DNA of 64,000 nt from Octopus sinensis. Its lineage: Eukaryota. The notes beneath the pieces are model-generated. The model was not told where the DNA came from and did no database searches. It saw only the letters and a program-made list of their open reading frames with translations. The stretch covers positions 28,954,001-29,018,000 of the forward strand of contig NC_043005.1 of NCBI RefSeq assembly GCF_006345805.1. The letters are read 5' to 3'. A program made the translations under genes and the position numbers. Numbering within the stretch: the first letter of the stretch is position 1; each line of letters starts with the position of its first letter. Shown piece after piece: positions 40,752 to 51,037 of this stretch.

Positions 40752-41934
40752 AATAAATGGAAGCAAAAAAACTATTTTGTTGACTCTTATTCCATTTTTG
40801 ATACTGCATGCTCCTTTCTATAAAACAAATGTAATTTGATCCATGCATAGCTTTCCTTTAGCAATTATCTGGAGAGATGATATAACGAAGGCTGCTGGTG
40901 TCTTGTATTTTTTGCTTTTTTTTTTTTTTTTTGGTTGTAATTTTTTCAGTTTGAAAAAAAAAATGTAATTGCTCACAATTGACTTAACCCATAATAAATA
41001 ACAGAATATAATGGGGGGGGGGACATTTACTGTGTTCAGCTTTGATAAGTCTGATTAATATGGACTCAATTGAAATGGCTTGTTGATCACTTGCCAAATA
41101 GTTTACACAAGAACAATATAACAATGTCCTCAGATCTGAGTAAATAATTACAATAACGTTTTTTTTCCTTTTTTGTTTTTGTGTGTGTTGGTCAGAGGCG
41201 ATTCCTTTTCTCTCTATATTTTGAAATGGTCTGTTTGTAAAAGTATGAGGATCAGCACTGTTTACATGTGGTGAGGTGTCATTGTGGTCTCTTTCAAAGC
41301 ATCATGGTCATAGAAAAGATACTTATGTACATGCTGAAGTCATTCATGTAATTATCTGGATTGTGATGTTACCATGCCATATTTATCTAGTTGTTGGGAC
41401 AATACATGAATAAAATACTTTATCTTTAACATTTTTTCTCTTCTCTTTTCAAATATACAAGTATTGTATGGTTTGCTTGTAATTTCAAAATGAGCTGTTC
41501 TAAAAAAACTGATTGGCTGTGTTATCCATTGCACTGTTAAACCTATCACCATCATCATCATCATCATTTAGCGTCCGTTTTCCATGCTAGCATGGGTTGG
41601 ACGGTTCTACTGGGGTCTGTGAAGCCAGAAGGCTTCATCAGGCCCAGTCAAATCTGGCAGTGTTTCTACGGCTGGATGCCCTTCCTAACGCCAACCACTC
41701 CGTGAGTGTAGTGGGTGCTTTTTACGTGCCACCCGCACTGGTGCCAGACAGAGCTGGCAAACGGCCACGAACGGATGGTGCTTTTTATGTGCCACCGGCA
41801 CGAGGGCGAGGCTGGCAACGGACACGAGGCGGGGCGGTGCTGGCAACGGTCGCGAAACGGAAAGTTCTCTTACATGCCACCGGCACTGGTAAACAAAATA
41901 CACAAAATGTATTTCAATTAATTTTCAAAATAAA
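40752..41934 (+). terminator. Candidate eIF4E poly(A) signals AATAAA at 40752, 40993, 41409 and 41929
   Basis: Hexamers seen downstream of the stop codon with U-rich tracts nearby; which are used is unknown. Confidence 0.4.
41546..41890 (-). mobile_element. Young, CpG-retaining RTE 3'-tail element between the two genes
   Basis: (CAT)n plus family motifs with intact CpGs. Confidence 0.88.
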
Positions 41935-42797
41935 AAAATTTAGGGTTTGGTAAAATAACTTTTTCTGTATCACACTAAATTGGAACTAAGCTTAACAAAA
42001 TGTCCTTGCATAAAATGAAAGATTTTAGATGTCAATGTCTTGACTCTTTAGCATTGTTCTGTCAAACAATGCTTATCTTGTAACTTTGAGATTTTTATGG
42101 CATTATAGTTTATTTTTAGAATGACACTGTAGGCTATGGCTGACCAGTGTTACACTGGTTACTATTGAAAGAGTTTAATTAGTCAATAGCAAGATTTTAA
42201 TGAAATATATTAGTGTATTGTATTTTAATTTTCAAAGTTAATCAAATTTGCTAGATTTTCAATATAAGCTCATTATTAATCTAGTTGTTCAGGACCTAAC
42301 TAATGGTTTTTAAATTATTACAAGTGAAAAAGAGTTTTATCATTGACCCAAGGATTATTGTCTCATGTGGATTGCTATCAAAAGGATCTTAAGACTTAAA
42401 GAATGTTTTATAAAGTTTTCAATATCTTCCAGTAAATATCTGACAATGGCAGAGTTGCTAAGTCTAATTCTATTATAAAGCTAGAACTTGGCTATTATAT
42501 GGTTATGAGCAGCTCTGAGGTGACTCAGGTTTTCGGGTAAAAGATGATCAGCTTTGGGTGTAAAATTTATATACTGAAACCAGTTGAGTTGCACAGAAAA
42601 ATCGTAAAACTAGACTGATCACTATAAGACTATCTTACTTCCTTGTAACCACTGTTGCTGCTGCTAATGACTATCCAGTACAATCTACCACAATAGGCCA
42701 ACCTCACTGCTTGTGTTTACCAGGACACTTTTTATAAAGCTGTTTCCTTGGCAACAAGCACTATGGAGACAGTTCTAACCTTCAACTGCCTTCATTA

Positions 42798-42837
<40 letters not shown>

Positions 42838-43196
42838 CACGCAGATTAGGTAGTGCAGCTGGGCATGACTGATTAAGTTTGCTTTACAATTTGGATCGAT
42901 TTATTGTGTTACGGAAATTTCGGGTTCATATGTTTTTATAATAGTTCAAGGTTCAGTCCCATGGTATGTCTCTGGGCAAGGCAAAAAGCCTTGAGTGGAT
43001 TTGGTAGATGGAAACTGAAAGATGACTATCATGTGCTTGACATTGTGTGATGGTTGTTGAGTATTCACTTTTCTGTGAGAATGTCCACTCATGGGGAATT
43101 ATTACTTTGCTTGGAGATAGAAAGGGCATCCAGCTGTGAACATAAAAGTGCAGTTGAAAAGAATTTTTTTTAAAAACAAATCATTAATTATAAACC

Positions 43197-43202
43197 TTTA
43201 TT
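43197..43202 (-). terminator. Candidate HEATR1 poly(A) signal AATAAA about 28 nt after the stop
   Basis: TTTATT on + strand, followed on - by U-rich sequence. Confidence 0.55.
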
Positions 43203-43229
43203 CTTATTTACAGTTTCCAAATGAAACCC

Positions 43230-43318
43230 TCAGAAATATTTCTGTAAAGGTTCCCCAAGTGTCTTCTCCATTTCACACAGCACTTGTTGGCATTTCTTTT
43301 CTATTGTTTCACACTCAT
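43230..43318 (-). CDS. HEATR1: HEATR1 last coding exon (D-ECETIEKKCQQVLCEMEKTLGEPLQKYF*), stop TGA 43232-43230
   Basis: TTTTGTTGTAG acceptor; C-terminus matches the conserved LGEPLQ.YF* end of HEATR1. Confidence 0.97.
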
Positions 43319-43421
43319 CTACAACAAAAACAAAAATATTTTAGTTTTTGTCCTTAAGTAAAATCCATAAGAAGAATTTCATGAGTTTAGTCAATAAAAT
43401 TAAAAAAAAAAAAAAAATTAC

Positions 43422-43530
43422 CTTCCATTAGTTCTGCCAAGAATGGCACAGTCTCAGGCAGCAGATTTAGATAACTTTCTCCAAGCTTTTTATGTAATTC
43501 ATTGATCATTGTTAAGCTTGCTAGACGGAC
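43422..43530 (-). CDS. HEATR1: HEATR1 exon (VRLASLTMINELHKKLGESYLNLLPETVPFLAELME), 109 nt
   Basis: TTTGTTGTAG acceptor and G|GTAATT donor; LLPE..PFLAELME motif. Confidence 0.97.
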
Positions 43531-44549
43531 CTACAACAAAGAAGTAGTCGTAAGAGATAGCACAGTATTTACATTGTCCTCATCTTGTTTGTTGTTAACA
43601 TGATTCGGCTGATATCTTCCAGCTGAAACATGTTAACAAAGATGAGGATAAATATCCATCAAATGTAAATAATTCCTCATCTCTTAAATATAGAAATATA
43701 GTAAGAGAGAGCAATCTTTATAAATTTAACCCAACGAAAAAATATGGGCGAAATTTAGTCAATGCAAAAAAAAAAAAAAAAAAAAAGCCTAATCACAGCC
43801 CTGTAGGTGAGCTTCATAAATTCTAATAATTTGGTGTTAGAAAATGGGAAAGACAGCATAGCACACAAGACAGAAAATGAGCAATAAAAGAATGAAGGGA
43901 GATACAGTGTTTAATGAATTTTAAGAAGCATGGAATTATTGAAGGACAGAATGTCTTGTCAGCTAACAATTAATGTGGGTATTTCCACGCTTCAACTTTG
44001 TAAAAATGTTTTTGAAAGTGATGGGCACAGCAAGAATAATCTCTCTCAATATAAATTCTATTGTAACAAACAATTTTCACTGATTAGCAACTAAAGCCTT
44101 CATTTAATAAAAAAAAGTTTTTTCTTTAGTAAACTGTAAGCATACTGCTGCACTGATTTACAGGACAGGGGAGTTGTAATGTTAAATACCTTCACAAAGG
44201 TATTAATTTTGCAATGATATAAAGTTAAGGTACAGGCAATGGGAAGATGTGAATCCTCTTAACATGGTGGCTGATGTTAGAAAACAGATGGAGAAAATAC
44301 CTGGTATAAATACTCCCCCTCCTACTACCATTTCTAGATTGAGTAGGGGGGAGGGGCTTGTCTTGCAAGTTAGTTGATGATCTCATTAGTGCCAGTAACA
44401 CAAAAGTACCCATTACAAAGCTGAATTAGAGCTCAACATGACTCAGATCCTGTCAAAACTGTCCAACCCATGACAGCATGGTAAATGATGAAGAGGTATA
44501 TACAGCAAGAGAAAAGTAGGTTAAGTAGAAATGAGAGGAAGCTTCTTAC

Positions 44550-44702
44550 ATTTACTGAAGAGTGTTTAGTCTTGAGTAAAACTTGGTAATTGAGAGATTT
44601 CCATAATGTGTCATCATGGGTAGCCACAGCCAGCTGGCTTAAACAGGGTATTAAGTGGTCATTCACACGTTTGTTGTATCTCTTGTCATACATGTTACTG
44701 AA
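44550..44702 (-). CDS. HEATR1: HEATR1 exon (FSNMYDKRYNKRVNDHLIPCLSQLAVATHDDTLWKSLNYQVLLKTKHSSVN), 153 nt
   Basis: TATTTTTCAG acceptor and AAT|GTAAGA donor; HLIPC..Q..VA..DD.LWK.LNYQ.LLKT motif. Confidence 0.97.
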
Positions 44703-45106
44703 CTGAAAAATAGAAAACATTGTTTACACTTGAATGCAAACCAAATTTGACTTGTGCATGGACGTGTCTACAATTTCACTTCAACAATTGCTCAGCTACA
44801 AGCAATGGATGTCATTGACCCCCCCTAGCTTTACACCTTTTGAAGACATGTGAAATAAGTGATCCCTTGCTTGAAAAATACATGGGCTAGTGACAAGAGC
44901 ATCTCTGGCTGTCAAGCAAAAGCTTAATGAACTATCAAATAGCCAGGGTTAAATGCATTTTTGTCTCGACTCAGAAAGTGTTCATTCAGCTTGAAAGACT
45001 TGTTTGACATTCTGATTGAAGTTTTTTTTTTTTTTTATACAAATATTTCTGAGATAACATATTGCAGGTAGTGCCAAGCCCTATAATTCACTCCATAATT
45101 GCCCAT

Positions 45107-45330
45107 GGGCATATGGCATAATGGTTAAGAGTGCGGGCTACTAACCCCAAGAGTCCAAGTTCAATTCCAGGCAGTGACCTGAATAATAATAATATCGAAA
45201 AATACCTTAGGAATGAGAAGCCAGGTTTGAAATTTCCCCAAAACACTTGATGAAGGCTGGAGGGTATATCAGCCAAAACGTGTTAACAACAAAGATGAGG
45301 ACAAATATCTATCAAATATAAATAATGTAG
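45107..45330 (+). mobile_element. tRNA-derived SINE carrying a hammerhead-like core
   Basis: A-box TGGCATAATGG, B-box GTTCAATTCC; TGATGAA-GGCTG-loop-CAGCC-AAAAC at 45248-45279. Confidence 0.85.
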
Positions 45331-45369
45331 TCACTGATGGATGTCAATATTTAATAACTTTCCCTTTAA

Positions 45370-45583
45370 CCCTTTCATTACCAACCCAGCTGAAACTGCC
45401 TCTGTAGTACAAATGTCTTGTTTTCATAAGTTTTGAATTAAAATCTTCCACCAAACCTTAGTCACAATTTATGTTCTTAACAACAACTTAATGTTAACTA
45501 AGTTATTTTACTAAATTCTTGTTAACTTTTAAATAATGGAAAGAAACACAGAGCATCTTAACAGAAATATGGTAACGAAAGGG
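45370..45583. mobile_element. piggyBac-type MITE with TTAA TSD; inverted duplicate at 51185-51404
   Basis: TTAA|CCCTTTC...GAAAGGG|TTAA. Confidence 0.85.
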
Positions 45584-45694
45584 TTAACTTGAATAAATAT
45601 GAAAATTTGATACAATATAAAGGACATAATGGAAATTAATATTTACAAGTCAAATTTTGCAACACCACCACATCACATGAAAAAACTAGCAGTT

Positions 45695-45895
45695 ATGAGG
45701 TCTCCTTTGAATGACCTTCACATTCCCTGGATTTTATCTAGTGGGGATACCTGAAAGAGAGGGTTTATGTCAACAAACCGGAGACCCTGGTGCAACTGAA
45801 AGAGAACATCAATAGAAAACTCAGAGAAGTGGGGTCTGAAACTCTTGAGAGTGTGATGGTGCAAGATTTGGAAAGAGCATGGCCATGTGAAGCAA
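45695..45895 (+). pseudogene. Tc1/mariner transposase C-terminal fragment
   Basis: SLDFI*WGYLKERVYVNKPETLVQLKENI matches the P.DF.LWGYLK..VY..KP motif. Confidence 0.8.
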
Positions 45896-46296
45896 TGTCA
45901 TTTTTCATGTTATGTAGGGGTGTTGCAAAATTTGACTTGTGCATATTAATTTCCAGTATGTCCTTTATATTGTATCAAAATTTCATGCATTTATTTGTAA
46001 AATTCAGAAAGTTATTAAAAGTTTAAACCCATCAGTGACTTTTAGGAAACACTGATATTGTAATCTAAGAATGTTTCAAGTGTTTGTATAATATTTTAAT
46101 TGTTGCCTTTAGCATGCATCAGTAAATGTTTTCTTTACAAAGAAAATATTTACTCCTGTTCAGAATGGCTGAGGAGACCATTTCAGATTGAAACACTTTG
46201 CCTGAATCATTCACTGGCATTCTGAATGAAACCCTGTGCCGGAGAAGTTTTCCTGAGACAAAATAGCAGCCAGTGTCATTCCACATTTATAAAGAC

Positions 46297-46510
46297 CAAT
46301 GGTTCTCAACTAGGTCCTTAAGATTTTGTTGTTAAAATTTGTGCAATAAATTGTTTATACTCCTACAATACACAACATATTTTGACAATTCCCAATAATT
46401 CTATAATTCTAAAACTCTAAGATTTTTTAAATATGGAATGGTTACAAGGGCCCATCTGAGTAAAATAACAATCAAAGGGGGCCTAGGCCAAAAACGGTTG
46501 AGAACCACTA
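46297..46510. mobile_element. hAT-Charlie-like MITE (TIR CA(A/G)TGGTTCTCAAC)
   Basis: 14-bp imperfect TIRs; right flank GTCTAGAC fits the NTCTAGAN target preference; left TSD is degraded. Confidence 0.65.
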
Positions 46511-46584
46511 GTCTAGACAATATGTCATACACACCAGTGTCTCAATTTAATACAGTTTCATGTGTTTATATTAATTTATACAAT

Positions 46585-46792
46585 AGGGCAGCAAGCTGAC
46601 AATCATTAGGATGCTGGGCGAAATGCTTAGCGGTATTTTGTCTGTCTTTACGTTCTGAGTTCAAATTCCACCAAGGGCGATTTTGCCTTTAATCCTTTCA
46701 AGGTTGATTAAATAAGTACCAGTTATGTATTGGGGTCGATGCAGTTGACTTAATCCCCTCTATGTTTAGCCCTCTGTGGGCAATAAAGAAAT
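46585..46792 (+). mobile_element. tRNA-derived SINE, same family as 19936
   Basis: Sequence match. Confidence 0.85.
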
Positions 46793-47026
46793 ATATATTA
46801 ATTTATCCAATAGGTATTTTAAAAGCCTTCTCCATTACATTTGAAAAACCCTAAGATGAAACAGATAAGAAAACCAAAAAAGAACATCTCCAGTTTCAGT
46901 AACTATATATGTAGTATGTAATAGACTAAATAGTGTGTTGTATGTTTATTATATATTGTATATCTAGTTTAATTGATAGAATATATCTAGTTGTTAACTG
47001 TAGTTGATTAATAGTGAAAATCTTAC

Positions 47027-47163
47027 CTGGTCAACAAGAGGAGTCATCAATAGGTCAAAACTTTCTTTATTTACAAAACCATCAGTATCATAGAGGAAGC
47101 ATTTGTGTGCACAGTCTATGACATAGATGAGCAAGGTGGACATGTATTTCTTCCATTGTAGGT
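47027..47163 (-). CDS. HEATR1: HEATR1 exon (D-LQWKKYMSTLLIYVIDCAHKCFLYDTDGFVNKESFDLLMTPLVDQ), 137 nt
   Basis: TTCTCTTTAG acceptor and CAG|GTAAGA donor; K.FL(Y/F)DT..F...E....LM.PLVDQ motif; phase 1 to phase 0. Confidence 0.96.
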
Positions 47164-48114
47164 CTAAAGAGAAACGGTAAAGAGATGGGAAACATTTCTG
47201 TCAAAATGGTTAAAACATCAACAGTTGTCTTATTAACGTCAGATTTTTTGTTCGTTAGAGTTTTGCTTTTCTTTAGTTCAGGGGAGGGAGTTGTGAGAGT
47301 AATTGGTTTTAACTAATTGATCTACTTTCAATTGTCGAATAAAAATGTTATGTGTCAGCCAAATAGACTGAGGCAAACCGACTTAAGTGGTTTGTCAAGA
47401 ATTATATACTAGTAAAGTTTGAACTGAAGACCATGTAGTCAGTCCTACAGTACCTTGACCACATAACCGCTATGTGGTCAGTAGAAAAGTCCTTTAAACT
47501 CTTTCTCGACCATATTTCTGCTAAAATGCACTGCTTTTGTTTTGATTAAATTTGAAAATAATGAAGAATTTAATAAAATAATTTTGTCATTATTAAGCCA
47601 ATGTTTGGAACATAAATTAACATGTTATCTTAAGGGAAAGTTCTAATCTCAGTAATTCTTAGGCTGGTTGCTATCAGCAGGGTTAAAATATGACAGAATG
47701 ATTGACGGTTCAACCCAGTCATTAAATAAAAAGGTTTGCACCTTTGGTTTTGGAGGATTGCATGAAGGGTGAATTTTTTTTTTTAAAGTGTACAAAAGTG
47801 GTTGCTTGATCTGCTACAAATAATAACCAAACCACCTTCAAATTAGTAGTTAGGATGGTTATGTGTAGGGGTGTCAGTAAAATAACGGTCTGCATATACT
47901 ACCAATATCAACAAAGTACTTGACTCCATTTCTTGGAGCCTTCCCATTCTTTGTTATAACCTCCTTATTAGTAATAACGGTCTCTGACACAAAATATTAA
48001 ATACATTGAAGAAATGATATAAAATGCAAAACTCCACAAGGGTGTCACCATGTAATTGTTTATGGAAATATAGACTGGATGTCCTACTTATCACTAACCA
48101 GATACACATCACAT

Positions 48115-48390
48115 ACAGACACATCCCAAGCACCCTGGAGAACTACAACAACTCTAGCTCTCTCACACAATCCAGACATATCCCAAGCACTCTGGAGAAC
48201 AACTACAACACCATCACTAACAACATCCAGACTCATCTCCAATACTTGAGAGAACTACATCATCTCCTTTACATAGTCTAGACATACCCTCAGCATGCTT
48301 GAATACTATAAAACCACCCTTGTAACTCTAAACTCTCTCTTACACAGACCAAACACATCCCCTAACATCTTAAAAAATTACTACGTCATC
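48115..48390 (+). repeat. Diverged minisatellite, 4-5 units of ~51-70 bp (AGACACATCCCAAGCAC..GGAGAAC)
   Basis: Anchors repeat at about 48117, 48174, 48229 and 48280. Confidence 0.7.
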
Positions 48391-48876
48391 CTAATAAATC
48401 TACCTTTCTCACTTCAGGCCAAACTAAAATATAAACATATTCACACAGAAATATCATCTTGGTTGCTCTCAAAATCTAGATTTATACAAAAATAGACTGG
48501 ACAGTGGGAACAAGTAACATGACCACTAGACTGGAAATAACAACCATCACTGCATGTCGGATGGTACAGTGTAGCCCCTAACTAAGTGGAGTATGGTTTA
48601 TTGTTACCTCCATGGAAAACATTTAGCTTTTTGATTGTTAATGCAGATATGTTCTATTAGGGCTGATTTGGAATTTATAAAACAACAAAACAAAAAGAAA
48701 CTGCTCCAGTTGGCCTGAATGACAAAGCTAGTACCAACTACTTCTTCAGAATTGCATGGTGAACCGAGGTAAGCGTTAGCACTCAGCTGTAAAAACCACT
48801 GCTCACAGTAATAAACTGGCATGGAAATATAGTAAAATGGTTAGAAAGAACAGAAATGAAGAAACATAAAACCAAC

Positions 48877-48977
48877 CTGGATTTTTGTCTTTGTTATATT
48901 GGTCCAATACTTCAGCCATATGTTTGACGATGTGGCCAGCAAAAATGAGGAAGAGACTTCGAAGACTGACAGCAAGG
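48877..48977 (-). CDS. HEATR1: HEATR1 exon (S-LAVSLRSLFLIFAGHIVKHMAEVLDQYNKDKNP), 101 nt
   Basis: CTTTCTTTAG acceptor and G|GTTGGT donor; L(K/R).LF..FAGH.VK motif; phase 2 to phase 1. Confidence 0.93.
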
Positions 48978-49258
48978 CTAAAGAAAGTGGGACAGTGGAG
49001 GAATATATTGTATTTTGTTGAAGCTTATATATATATATGAGAGTATTGTAGTTCGCTTGAAGCATTGTGTATTGTTTGTAAAGAATAAAATGTTTTGAAT
49101 GACACTATAATACAAACAATATAGCAGTGACTCGATCAATTCCTAGGGATATCTGAAGAAGGAATTTTTATTCCAAAATATCATATCAGACTATGGATGA
49201 TTAAATTATAACAGTTCTTATAGTCCATTGTTGTGTCATTCAAAATATTTTATTCTTT

Positions 49259-49293
<35 letters not shown>

Positions 49294-49339
49294 TTTGTGA
49301 TATTTTTGCTGCTTTTTAATAAAGCATATTACTACTTCT

Positions 49340-49377
<38 letters not shown>

Positions 49378-50054
49378 CTTTAACAAAATCCAATAGCAAC
49401 ATAGTCAGAAAATTAAAATAAAATACAATAAAATATGGATTTTCACCTATCCTGATGATAAGTATTCCAGACATGTGTACCCTTAATGTTATCTTTAAAC
49501 AAAAACTGGTGTGACACAGTGTAACAAAGCCGAGTCATTGAATTACAGCTTCAGTCCATCTGACAGATTCTTAAAAGTTTTTTTTACCACCGGTGCCCTT
49601 ACCATCATTGTTTTAATGATCAGTTTCCATGCTTGCAAGAGTTGGATACAATTCTTTGAGGCAGATTTTCTGCAGTCAGATGCCCTGTTAATTGCCAACC
49701 CTTAGTTGTTTCAAAGTAATACTCCCTCCCTTACTTGGATTGACCTGAAGCTCTGGTAAATGGGACATACTCAATATGCCATGAAGTAGGATTGAACCCG
49801 AAGCCTCATCATTGCAAAGCAAGCAGTTTGATTGTGCTGTATCTAAAATGGTAACACATATAATGGTGGGATGTGATGGCATATTTTAGACCTCATAATC
49901 TTTTTGAGGACTAAGAATGTTAGCTTTATATAATAAAAGAGTTGTTTGTCTTGTCTTTGGTTAAAATAAAAAAAGGCCTAGATATATTATTGTATTCATA
50001 TTTAATCAGGGATTGAATCTTTTGTGAAATATAAGCCAAGTCCTGTGTACTCAC

Positions 50055-50125
50055 CTCTCAGCCAATCGATAGAACACCAACACACGTAATTTATTGGTTT
50101 TGTCGGACACACACCAGTTAAAAAA
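50055..50125 (-). CDS. HEATR1: HEATR1 exon (FFNWCVSDKTNKLRVLVFYRLAE), 71 nt
   Basis: ATTTTCTAG acceptor and AG|GTGAGT donor; aligns to LFDWA...RLLTFYNLAD; phase 0 to phase 2. Confidence 0.93.
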
Positions 50126-50212
50126 CTAGAAAATATAATTTACATATAAATAATTTATGGTTTATAACATTGTATTAACCATAATAATAATAATAATAAT
50201 AAAAAAACTAAT

Positions 50213-50350
50213 GTCATCCCAGTAGTTGTAGGGGTACTGGGAGCACTAACAACCAGGTTTGAGAAATATGTTAGAGAAATTGGGATTGACGTGAGGGTAG
50301 AATATGCTCAGAAAAGAGCAAAGGTTTTGAGATTGGTACTTGGGTGTTAA
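50213..50350 (+). mobile_element. R4/Dong-type (restriction-like endonuclease) LINE C-terminal fragment next to (TAA)n
   Basis: VIPVVVGVLGALTTRFEKYVREIGI...VLRLVLGC* resembles RLE C-termini (PVV.G.LG...LE.Y...IGI). Confidence 0.6.
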
Positions 50351-50445
50351 GTGTTGTGAAAAGACACCCTGTGACACCAGGTTACTGTTTGCTCTTAAAG
50401 AATTAACTGGAGCAAGGAAAATTGAGAGCTCGGAGAAGTTAAATG

Positions 50446-50742
50446 AAAACAAGCACTCAGTGAGCGCAAACCTACGCCAAGGCAACACCAACGTCCTCTC
50501 AACGATTAGCCAGAGATGATTTTCAAAATGAATCCGACTGCTCTCAAAAATTAAGTGAAAAGAAAAAAACGAAAAATAATCTAGAATCCCAAAATCTAAC
50601 CAGTTTGTGCCAGTCATGAGATCAAACATTCCTGAAAGTTTCATCCGGACCCATCCAGTGGTTCTTGAGATATCTTGACCACAGACAAACAAACAAACAT
50701 GACTGAAAACAATACCTCAAACCTTTGCTAAGGCAGAGGTAA
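50446..50742 (+). mobile_element. Helentron-associated (HINE/DINE-1-like) non-autonomous element
   Basis: Starts AAAACAAG, contains (CAAA)n, ends in hairpin ACCTTTGC-TAAG-GCAGAGGT. Confidence 0.45.
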
Positions 50743-50774
50743 TAATAAATAATTACTTCTGATTTAAGCATAAG

Positions 50775-51037
50775 GTCTAGACAATATGTCATACACACCA
50801 GTGTCTCAATTTAATACAGTTTCATGTGTTTATATTAGTTTATACAGTAGGGCAGCAAGCTGACAGAATCATTAGGATGCTGGGCGAAATGCTTAGCGGT
50901 ATTTTGTCTGTCTTTACGTTCTGAGTTCAAATTCCGCCAAGGTCAATTTTGCCTTTAATTCTTTCAAGGTTGATTAAATAAGTACCAGTTATGCATCGGT
51001 GTCAATGTAGTCGACTTAATCCCTTGTTTGTCCCCTC
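50775..51037 (+). repeat. Direct segmental copy of 46511-~46760 (unique flank plus SINE)
   Basis: GTCTAGACAATATGTCATACACACCAGTG... unique flank is shared; ~95% identity by eye. Confidence 0.92.

Noticed and set aside
41700-41890. Repeat-spacer pattern resembling a CRISPR array
   Set aside because: Eukaryotic context, no cas genes, repeats diverged and spacers homologous; it is the internal repeat of the RTE-tail family.
45107-45180. tRNA-like sequences (also 20080-20152, 26918-27000, 51600-51670)
   Set aside because: These are SINE heads with A/B boxes, lacking a complete cloverleaf and continuing into SINE bodies.
49452-49564. TGATGA...CTGA pair as a C/D snoRNA
   Set aside because: Antisense to the host gene, with no terminal stem or recognisable guide. 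No convincing intronic snoRNA was seen elsewhere.
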